A stretch of 32,000 nt of DNA, taken from IMG/VR virus record IMGVR_UViG_3300022719_000283, positions 366,590 to 398,589 of that record. One strand, 5' to 3'. This document shows positions 7,947 through 13,831 of this stretch, piece by piece; position 1 is the stretch's first letter; each line of letters starts with the position of its first letter. Below the pieces are notes generated by a model. It searched no databases. It was not told the origin of the DNA and was given only the letters and a program-made list of their open reading frames with translations. Both the position numbers and the translations under genes were made by a program. The DNA comes from a virus. Taxonomy: Duplodnaviria > Heunggongvirae > Uroviricota > Caudoviricetes.

Positions 7947-8251
7947 CGCTTTGCTCTTTTCCTGGCCAGGATCTTTTCTCGATTCTTCCGGTAGTACTCT
8001 CGAGATCGGGCTTTCATCTTCTCACGATATTCCGGGTCACGTTCGTATCGGATGGATTTGTCGAGGCGTTCCCGGCTCCGGATCGTTTCCCGGTTGGCTT
8101 CGGTGTACTTTCGCGCCCGCTCTCTCTCCGAAGCCCGGTGACAAGTTATACAGGTCTTCATGGTGTAGTAGTAACGCCCTTTGCGTCGGTGTGGAAACGC
8201 CTCAACCGGCTTACTTTCCTCGCAGACTTTACAGGTGCGGAGATCCTCCAT
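7934..8251 (-). CDS. Zinc-ribbon protein with a basic, repeat-rich helical tail
   Basis: 105-aa ORF. It has CKVCEESKPVEAF...CITC followed by repeated ...Y..NRE.I/REKI.. segments, a layout common at the N-termini of phage HNH/DNA-binding proteins. Confidence 0.6.
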   Translation of the reverse strand: MEDLRTCKVCEESKPVEAFPHRRKGRYYYTMKTCITCHRASERERARKYTEANRETIRSRERLDKSIRYERDPEYREKMKARSREYYRKNREKILARKRAKRCES

Positions 8252-8257
8252 CCCCCT

Positions 8258-8803
8258 TTATACCCGTGTGGCCATGAGGGACTTGTCGAACATCCTTCGG
8301 TAAGTGAGAGACACTCTAGCCCCCATCTTTCTTGATCCTTTGGGGATCCTGTGTTCGTATGCCTCCTGAAATCCAGGAGGCATAACAAACAAGGAACCCG
8401 GCTCGAGCAATTTCCTGTTGTTCTCGGGGACAACCCCTCTATCCCCGATTTTCCTCCACCAAATTTCCCTGGCCTCACCAAAAGACACAACGGAGATCGG
8501 GTCTGAGCTCGCGGTATCCGGCGAATCGTCGGAGTGCCAGCCAAGCGCATTCTGTTCGCCCTCGTACCTATTGAGAAAACAGACGTTCGGATTGCCCGGC
8601 ATCTTGGCCATGATGTCAGCGACCCAAGCCAACATGGGGGTTGAGTAGTAAGTCCGAACCCCCCGACCAGAGCCGTAGACGTAGGCTCTGGGGTCGGCCG
8701 ACATGAAGCACTCACGTCTGGCGTTGATCCGGTCTTCCCACGTCACGGATTCGAGAGCGCCTTCGGGGAGCCCCACGAAGGCGGGTATGTATGCGGGTTC
8801 CAT
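8258..8803 (-). CDS. alkB: 2OG-Fe(II) dioxygenase, AlkB-like
   Basis: GWHSDDSPD (HxD), ...YEHRIPK... (second His) and ARVSLTYRR (RxSxTxR). The ATG at 8801-8803 is preceded by GGAGAAG. The track ORF starts at a GTG at 8824. Confidence 0.8.
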   Translation of the reverse strand: MEPAYIPAFVGLPEGALESVTWEDRINARRECFMSADPRAYVYGSGRGVRTYYSTPMLAWVADIMAKMPGNPNVCFLNRYEGEQNALGWHSDDSPDTASSDPISVVSFGEAREIWWRKIGDRGVVPENNRKLLEPGSLFVMPPGFQEAYEHRIPKGSRKMGARVSLTYRRMFDKSLMATRV

Positions 8804-8834
8804 GGAACTTCTCCAAAAGCTCACATCTGCTTAG

Positions 8835-8918
8835 TGCTCAAGAGGGGAGTCGAACCCCTAAGATGTTTCCATCACCCGGACCTGAGCCGAGCGCGTCTGC
8901 CAATTCCGCCACTTGAGC
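8835..8918 (-). tRNA. tRNA-Leu(CAG), class II, CCA not encoded
   Basis: GCTCAAG-TG-GCGGAATTGGCAGACGC-G-CTCGG-CTCAGGT-CCGGG-(variable arm)-AGGGG-TTCGACT-CCCCT-CTTGAGC-A, followed by CUA. Confidence 0.88.
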
Positions 8919-9055
8919 AAGAGCTCCCAGGAGCTACCTGGGAGATTCAAGAGTAAGAGAGGTTTTCCACCCCCACCGCCCTAAGCGGCGTCTGACCTTC
9001 CAGGGAGCGTCCTCCCCAGCTTTCGCGATGCCTCGCAGTAGTCAGTTCTTTCTCT

Positions 9056-9142
9056 TGGTACCGATGAGAGGGGTCGAACCTCCAAGGGATTACTCCCACA
9101 GGATCCTTAATCCTGCGCGTCTACCAGTTCCGCCACATCGGC
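9056..9142 (-). tRNA. tRNA-Leu(AAG), class II, CCA encoded
   Basis: GCCGATG-TG-GCGGAACTGGTAGACGC-G-CAGGA-TTAAGGA-TCCTG-(variable arm)-GGAGG-TTCGACC-CCTCT-CATCGGT-A-CCA. The 7-nt loop UUAAGGA puts A at position 34. Confidence 0.8.
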
Positions 9143-9295
9143 AAGTCTAAGAGCGAGAGAGTTGAAGAGATGGTGTTGCTACGCGCTCTATCCAACTGAG
9201 CTACTCCCCGTCATTGTCGGGGAGGCAGGGCTCGAACCTGCGACCTCGGGTACCGAAAACCGATGCTTGTGATCTCATCGTAGTTCTCGCTCTTA
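9143..9295 (-). ncRNA. Permuted tRNA-like module P1 (T arm and 3' acceptor strand upstream of 5' acceptor strand and D arm, with a terminal helix)
   Basis: Minus-strand order is as follows. It opens with U-AAGAGCGAGA (9294-9285), A, and CUACG (9283-9279). Two small hairpins and AGGUC follow. Next is the T arm GCAGG-UUCGAGC-CCUGC (9241-9225), then CUCCCCG-A (9224-9217) and the linker CAAUGA. The second half is CGGGGAG (9210-9204), UA, and GCUC-AGUUGGAUA-GAGC. It closes with G, CGUAG (9183-9179), 20 nt, and UCUCGCUCUU-A (9158-9148). The acceptor strands are 7/7 complementary. The RNA ends form an 11-bp helix and abut the flanking tRNAs. Confidence 0.6.
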
Positions 9296-9372
9296 TGGTC
9301 GAGGCGAGAGGATTTGAACCTCCGACCCCCGATCCCCCAGATCGGTGCGCTGCCAGACTGCGCTACGCCTCG
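9296..9372 (-). tRNA. tRNA-Pro(GGG), CCA encoded
   Basis: CGAGGCG-TA-GCGC-AGTCTGGCA-GCGC-A-CCGAT-CTGGGGG-ATCGG-GGGTC-GGAGG-TTCAAAT-CCTCT-CGCCTCG-A-CCA. Confidence 0.9.
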
Positions 9373-9548
9373 AGATTTTTCTTGGCTGCCTTTCGAGCTG
9401 CCTTCTCTCGTTGTTTCTCTTTCCGTCGTCGGTTTCTGAGGGTGGGGTTGATCTTTTCAGCCTGCTCACAGCGAGTTCGCTGTTCTTCGAGAAACTGATC
9501 GACCTCCTCGGTATGGGTGCCCTCGCGGGCCCACTCAACGATCCGGAT
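9363..9548 (-). CDS. Possible small basic protein with no canonical start codon (tentative)
   Basis: An open frame ends at TAG 9365-9363, inside the 5' end of tRNA-Pro(GGG). It translates as ...IRIVEWAREGTHTEEVDQFLEEQRTRCEQAEKINPTLRNRRRKEKQREKAARKAAKKNLEA. AAGGAGG (9562-9556) lies 7 nt upstream of ATC (9548), but no ATG, GTG or TTG is in frame. The track's overlapping ORF (9293-9571) is Ser/Arg/Pro-rich and reads through the tRNA. Confidence 0.3.
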   Translation of the reverse strand: MRIVEWAREGTHTEEVDQFLEEQRTRCEQAEKINPTLRNRRRKEKQREKAARKAAKKNLEA

Positions 9549-9600
9549 AAAGCCGCCTCCTTGTTGTCCATGTGATGATGTCTGCCATCGTTCTGTTCCT

Positions 9601-9677
9601 TGGTCGGGGCGAGAGGATTCGAACCTCCGGCCTTACGGTCCCGAACCGTACGCTCTGCCAGGCTGAGCTACGCCCCG
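9601..9677 (-). tRNA. tRNA-Pro(CGG), CCA encoded
   Basis: CGGGGCG-TA-GCTC-AGCCTGGCA-GAGC-G-TACGG-TTCGGGA-CCGTA-AGGCC-GGAGG-TTCGAAT-CCTCT-CGCCCCG-A-CCA. Confidence 0.9.
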
Positions 9678-9711
9678 ATGTACTTGTCGTGAAAAAGTTA
9701 CTGTTCAAATG

Positions 9712-9783
9712 CGTTCCCGACAGGATTCGAACCTGTGACCTTTGGTTTCGGAGACCAATGCTCTTCCGCTGAGCTACGAGAAC
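9712..9783 (-). tRNA. tRNA-Arg(CCG), CCA not encoded
   Basis: GTTCTCG-TA-GCTC-AGCGGAA-GAGC-A-TTGGT-CTCCGAA-ACCAA-AGGTC-ACAGG-TTCGAAT-CCTGT-CGGGAAC-G, followed by CAU. Confidence 0.85.
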
Positions 9784-9874
9784 AACTGCTGCACCCCCTC
9801 CGGTGGGAACCGCCCCCACAACCTCCGAGGACTGCTCGGTGTTCTTCTCGTTGAACTACGGAGGATGTGCAGCA

Positions 9875-9950
9875 TGGCACCCGAGGAGGGATTCGAACCC
9901 CCGACCCTTGGTTCCGTAGACCAATGCTCTGTCCGCTGAGCTACCCGGGC
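9875..9950 (-). tRNA. tRNA-Arg(ACG), CCA encoded
   Basis: GCCCGGG-TA-GCTC-AGCGGACA-GAGC-A-TTGGT-CTACGGA-ACCAA-GGGTC-GGGGG-TTCGAAT-CCCTC-CTCGGGT-G-CCA. It shares D and anticodon stems with the neighbouring Arg(CCG). Confidence 0.85.
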
Positions 9951-9994
9951 ATGTTGTATTTCGTGAAATGTTGCTGAAGGCAGATTTCTCCTGT

Positions 9995-10071
9995 TGGTCG
10001 GAGGCGTGGGAATCGAACCCACCTGATGTCCTGCTCCCAAAGCAGGCGGCTCGCCTTGAGCCCGGCCTCCG
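9995..10071 (-). tRNA. tRNA-Pro(UGG), CCA encoded
   Basis: CGGAGGC-CG-GGCT-CAAGGCG-AGCC-G-CCTGC-TTTGGGA-GCAGG-ACATCAG-GTGGG-TTCGATT-CCCAC-GCCTCCG-A-CCA. It has C8 instead of U8 and an apparent 7-nt variable loop. Confidence 0.8.
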
Positions 10072-10348
10072 GAATGTCCTGGGGCTTAAACGACCGAGGG
10101 CGATGCCCTCTGGTACCGCCCTCGCCCGATGTCCTGGTATGTGGTCCGTTTATGGACGTAGGACACCGGGCTGCCGCGGTAGACGAGGCAGGTACGGACG
10201 CAGGGGGAGCCGTCGCAGGTCACTTGGGGTGACCGCGTCGAGGCTGAGGCTGCGTGCGTTGAAGACAGTGTCCATGAGAAACTCTCTGTGTTTGGGTGTA
10301 GGCGAGTACGGACGGGAAGTCAAGAGGGTTTCTTCATTTTTTCCTCGA

Positions 10349-10579
10349 CTACCTCAAAACGATCTTGCCCTCGGTAAAGAGGGCAAACGCCCCCTTCTCC
10401 TGATCGTCCAAGGGGCCAATATCCATGGCCCGGATCTCGAGGAACTCATGCTCCTTCGGGAAGTCCCGCACGAACTCTCCGGCTCTCCGAAGTGACGAGA
10501 AGTCGCGTGTCTTGACCGAGTAGCGTCCCTCGACGGTCACCGAGTACTTCACTTTGTACCGTCGAACCGCCACACCCAC
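10349..10579 (-). CDS. Hypothetical protein
   Basis: 76-aa ORF with no competing frame and no recognised motif. Confidence 0.5.
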   Translation of the reverse strand: MGVAVRRYKVKYSVTVEGRYSVKTRDFSSLRRAGEFVRDFPKEHEFLEIRAMDIGPLDDQEKGAFALFTEGKIVLR

Positions 10580-10605
10580 GTATCCCTATAGGCGAAGTAG
10601 GCCGC

Positions 10606-10746
10606 CTACTTCCAGGCGCCATGCACGACTTGGATTACGTTGCCGTCTCGAAAGAGGACCTCGACAGTGACCTCCACGAACTCGATCTTCGTAGGGTGGG
10701 AAGGTCGAGTAAGAAGATGCGCCCGCGCAATCTCGTGCAGGCGCAT
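10606..10746 (-). CDS. Small hypothetical protein (46 aa)
   Basis: The in-frame ATG at 10744-10746 (MRLHEIARAHLL...) avoids overlap with the upstream gene. The longer track version (to 10896) overlaps CDS 10773-11123. Confidence 0.3.
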   Translation of the reverse strand: MRLHEIARAHLLTRPSHPTKIEFVEVTVEVLFRDGNVIQVVHGAWK

Positions 10747-10772
10747 CTTCCCCCTATCAGTGAGGCGCCCCG

Positions 10773-11123
10773 TCACTCCGCCTCGGAGCTGTGTTGGCGA
10801 CCGAGCTCGACCCCTAGCCTGAACGCTTCCTCGGGCGTGGGGGCGCCGTTTTCTTTGATCGATCCGAAGACCGGGTGTTTGCACTTGAAGAGGCACTCGA
10901 CTCGTTCACGAGTTTCAGGGGTGTAGTACCCAGCGAAGTACCCGAGGTTGGAGCGCAGGTTGGATTCGACCTTCTCCCGCGAGAGCTCGGGATCGAGCTT
11001 CATCCCGTGCTCCACAATGATCTGGAAGTAGGCGTCCGCGTCCTCCTGCGTAGTGATCCCCATCGCAGGTCCGTAGACTTCTCGGATCGTGGCGTTGTTG
11101 GAAAAGGACTTGGGATAGCCCAT
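10773..11123 (-). CDS. Hypothetical protein
   Basis: The start MGYPKSFSNN (ATG at 11121-11123) lies 2 nt after the stop of the upstream phosphatase gene. The translation is globular-looking (...YFAGYYTPETRERVECLFKCKHPVFG...). Confidence 0.6.
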   Translation of the reverse strand: MGYPKSFSNNATIREVYGPAMGITTQEDADAYFQIIVEHGMKLDPELSREKVESNLRSNLGYFAGYYTPETRERVECLFKCKHPVFGSIKENGAPTPEEAFRLGVELGRQHSSEAE

Positions 11124-11125
11124 GT

Positions 11126-11869
11126 CTACTCCTCGGTCTCCGGGTTCGGCTTGTGTTTGTAGCCTGGCGGATTGTCGAACCCTTTGAAGATGTAGCCCTT
11201 GTCCTCGCCGTTCTCGAGAAGACGGATGGAGCAGTTCTTCGGGTTCGATTCCTTTTCGAGCCATTCAGGAGCCATATGTAGCCATGCCATCGTGAAACAC
11301 CGGTTAGTAGTGCCGTGACCCACGACGACGATGTTTTCAATCTCGTGCTTTTCCTCGTCACGTTTGAAGGTGCCGAAGGCTTGGTGCATGCGACGAGCCA
11401 CATCGATCCTTGACTCTCCCATCGGGAGCTTGGCCCAAACCTTCCCTTCGAACTGTTTGCACTTCTCGTAGTGCTCCGTCTCTGCTGGGTACAGGTTGCG
11501 GCGCTCCTCGTCGGAGAGACCGTCGAAGATACCGAACTGCTGCTCGTGCAGGAGGAAGTGCTCCTTGCGGTCGAAGAACCAGCTCTGGCCGTCCGCCGGA
11601 TGTCCCGGCCGCGAGATCCGGCAAGCCTCCTCGACTCCATCGGCGGTCTGACGCGTACGCCGGTAGGGGCTGTGCCACAGGCGAATTTTCGTGGGCTGCG
11701 GAGAGCTGCCGAGGTGCTCGCGGAAGTAGTTGGCCAGGAACTCTCCGGCCCTCTTCGCCTGCTCCTTGCCCTCCTCCGTGAGCTCGATGGCGTGATCCGC
11801 AACCCGGCGGTTCTCCGACCAGTCAGCGTTGGCGCGGCTCATCCCATGTCGAACTAGAAAGATCCTCAT
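11126..11869 (-). CDS. Histidine phosphatase (phosphoglycerate-mutase-like) family protein
   Basis: MRIFLVRHGMSRAN gives the RHG catalytic motif and ...VVVGHGTTNR the second His. The ATG at 11867-11869 is preceded by GGAGAAG. The track ORF is extended to 11986. Confidence 0.8.
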   Translation of the reverse strand: MRIFLVRHGMSRANADWSENRRVADHAIELTEEGKEQAKRAGEFLANYFREHLGSSPQPTKIRLWHSPYRRTRQTADGVEEACRISRPGHPADGQSWFFDRKEHFLLHEQQFGIFDGLSDEERRNLYPAETEHYEKCKQFEGKVWAKLPMGESRIDVARRMHQAFGTFKRDEEKHEIENIVVVGHGTTNRCFTMAWLHMAPEWLEKESNPKNCSIRLLENGEDKGYIFKGFDNPPGYKHKPNPETEE

Positions 11870-11933
11870 TGTTCTTCTCCTGTGTTTGTCCGTTCTCACC
11901 AGTTTTACTCCTATCTCGAGTACAATTGTTGAA

Positions 11934-12551
11934 ATGCGACGCTGGACCCCTGTAGCCCTCGTGGCGTTGCTGGCCTGCGCCACCACGCTTGATCCTGTTC
12001 CTGCGGATCCCCCGACCTGCCCAGATTTGGAGCCGGCTCCCGTCGACTACGACCGGAAACTCTACAAGCACTGGACTGACGCCGACGGGGATTGCCAGGA
12101 CGCGCGCCAAGAGGTCTTGATCCGGGACTCCCAGGTCCCTGTAACATTCGACGGGGAACGCCAATGCCGGGTCGCTACAGGCCAATGGACCGACCCTTAC
12201 AGCGGAGACGTCGCCACAGATCCCTCCCTGGTGGACGTGGACCACGTCGTGGCCCTTCGCGACGCCCACGACTCAGGAGGCCATCTGTGGGCCCCTAAGC
12301 GTCGTGAGAGCTTTGCCAATAGCTTGGAGGGCCTGGTGGCCTCGGGACGCTCCACGAACCGTTCCAAGGGCTCCAGGGGGCCTGACGAGTGGCTGCCGCC
12401 CCTGACGTCCTACCGGTGCCAGTACATCGAAAATTGGCTGGCTGTGAAGAGCTCCTGGGAGCTCGAGCTGGCCGAAGACGAAAGTGCGCGGATCACATAC
12501 ATGCAGAAGATCTGTGCCGCCGGCCAGGTCCCGGTGCTCCCCCAGGGTTAA
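11934..12551 (+). CDS. Secreted or lipoprotein HNH/His-Me-finger nuclease (DUF1524 / GmrSD C-terminal-like)
   Basis: MRRWTPVALVALLAC is a signal peptide with an LLAC lipobox-like cysteine. Nuclease motifs are ...DVDHVVALRDAHDSGG..., ...STNRSKGSRGPDEWLPP and YRCQYIENWLAVK. Confidence 0.75.
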   Translation: MRRWTPVALVALLACATTLDPVPADPPTCPDLEPAPVDYDRKLYKHWTDADGDCQDARQEVLIRDSQVPVTFDGERQCRVATGQWTDPYSGDVATDPSLVDVDHVVALRDAHDSGGHLWAPKRRESFANSLEGLVASGRSTNRSKGSRGPDEWLPPLTSYRCQYIENWLAVKSSWELELAEDESARITYMQKICAAGQVPVLPQG

Positions 12552-12735
12552 CCGGGCCCGCGGTTCATCTTCCGCCCAGAGCTTTCTTTGTCCTGGCGTT
12601 TTTCGATTGCTTCTTCAGCGGCCTGGACGAGCGAATACGCGATGTGCCGGAGTTCATGCTTGGCCCCTGGCGGATTGACGCGTCCACAAGCCGGTCGTAG
12701 AGCTCTTTGGTGATAGGGCGACGTTCGCCGCTCAT
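12548..12735 (-). pseudogene. Truncated, frame-disrupted paralog of CDS 13832-14101
   Basis: The N-terminus MSGERRPITKELYDRLVDAS (frame A, ATG at 12735) resembles MGENKKRSGAWEEIERLQDPDS. The C-terminus NPPGAKHELRHIAYSLVQAAEEAIEKR (frame B, stop at 12548) resembles FPPKGAKHELKHIVYSLVEAADKAISKR. The two parts are in different frames and the middle of about 35 aa is missing. Confidence 0.55.
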
Positions 12736-12779
12736 AGTTCGGCCGTGCGTTCTGAGGCTCGATGAGAGCATGGTCGTCC

Positions 12780-13172
12780 TCACTCCACATTGCAGCCCGC
12801 ATCGCCCATCTCGTTGGGCTCGATGCCTAGGCATAGCTCTCCCTCGCCCAGATCTCCTTGACGAAGCCGTTCGGCTTTGCAGAATTCGGACAGCTTGCTG
12901 GCGAACGCAGCCTCGTCACCTTCGACACATGTCAGTAGCCCGCCGCCGCTCCAATTCGAGAACATCTTGCTCAGGAAGGCCCTCCATTCCCTGGCCACTT
13001 CATTGGTTTCCTCCATGGAGCCCCGACGCACCGCGATCAAGCGCACCTCCAAGAGACGCAGAACCTGCAATTCAACGCAGGGAAGCGCGCCCCAAAGGGC
13101 TGGACGCTCGACCATCGTGTCAAGCGTTGAATCCAGGTAGGCAACGATGAGCTGCGTGTCGTGGCGGGCCAT
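12780..13172 (-). CDS. Hypothetical protein
   Basis: 130-aa ORF with no recognised motif. Confidence 0.55.
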   Translation of the reverse strand: MARHDTQLIVAYLDSTLDTMVERPALWGALPCVELQVLRLLEVRLIAVRRGSMEETNEVAREWRAFLSKMFSNWSGGGLLTCVEGDEAAFASKLSEFCKAERLRQGDLGEGELCLGIEPNEMGDAGCNVE

Positions 13173-13480
13173 CGGCTAGATCATACTCGACCAGGCTGAA
13201 GAAGGTGTCCCTGTTTCGCGAAAATGTCTCGTCGCGCCACGCGATGCAAGAACACGCTGAACGGCGTGACTCGTCAAAAAATCAGCGGAACCAGCACCCA
13301 TGGTCCTGGCTCTAGAACAGGGTTTCACGTATGGCACGAAGCGTCAAGACGAGACCCCGTGATAGGGTAGGCCCACGGACGCGGGTTGCTCCCGCACTCC
13401 CCTCGCCACCCTTGGCTTGATCACCAGGGAAACCCAAGGCAGCATCTCAGCTAGCTGGGCGAGGGGAGCGTCGGCCGTGT

Positions 13481-13741
13481 TCACCAGGGGACACGGCGCA
13501 ACAGGTCAGCCAGCCAGAGGCGCCACGACCGACGCTGCTCGAAGTCGGGACAGGCGCCCTCCCTGTTCTTCTTGCCGCACGTCGTCCCTTTGTGACACCG
13601 TTGCCCTGAGAAGTAGTCGAGGGCTCCCCACTCGTTCGGGTGGTCACACTGCTCGCGCGCTACGTCTACCCAGCGGCACTTCACGCAGAAGGTGGGTTCT
13701 GCGGGGGTGACGAAGGGGAGCCTTCGGTACGGTCCGCTCAT
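13481..13741 (-). CDS. Hypothetical Cys-rich protein
   Basis: 86-aa ORF with FCVKC...C.H...C.KGTTCG...C. Confidence 0.5.
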   Translation of the reverse strand: MSGPYRRLPFVTPAEPTFCVKCRWVDVAREQCDHPNEWGALDYFSGQRCHKGTTCGKKNREGACPDFEQRRSWRLWLADLLRRVPW

Positions 13742-13831
13742 CCGTCGTACCCTTCCTTCAAGGAAGAATCGCAGCCTGAGCAGTACGTCCAGGGTCGTCC
13801 GTGGTCGGTGAACTCCAGCAAAACTAATGGG

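Noticed and set aside
9260-9284. Hammerhead-like CGAUGAG motif in the P1 leader.
   Set aside because: The conserved CUGAUGA core lacks its U, and no matching CGAAA/GUC elements are suitably placed.
9214-10040. Several 60-95-aa track ORFs across the tRNA array (9214-9498, 9535-9819, 9572-9772, 9698-9880, 9742-9939, 9774-10040).
   Set aside because: All are translations of tRNA genes or their antisense. GFEPP/SNP-type peptides are the typical signature of reading through T arms.
10072-10348. Possible small Cys-containing ORFs of about 42-47 aa on the minus strand, upstream of tRNA-Pro(UGG).
   Set aside because: Two overlapping frames are both short and neither has a clear RBS. The region more probably holds the array promoter or leader. 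It is not reported as a feature.
10915-11802. 295-aa Arg/Ser/Thr-rich ORF.
   Set aside because: It is an out-of-frame shadow of the histidine phosphatase gene on the same strand. Its composition is low-complexity, whereas the phosphatase frame has clear catalytic motifs.
13399-13466. Nested inverted repeats (CCCCTCGCC...GGCGAGGGG enclosing CCTTGG...CCAAGG) downstream of CDS 13481-13741.
   Set aside because: It may be a transcript-end structure, but it has no U-tract and I could not connect it to any function. The rest of the gap of about 300 nt (13173-13480) showed nothing I could support.
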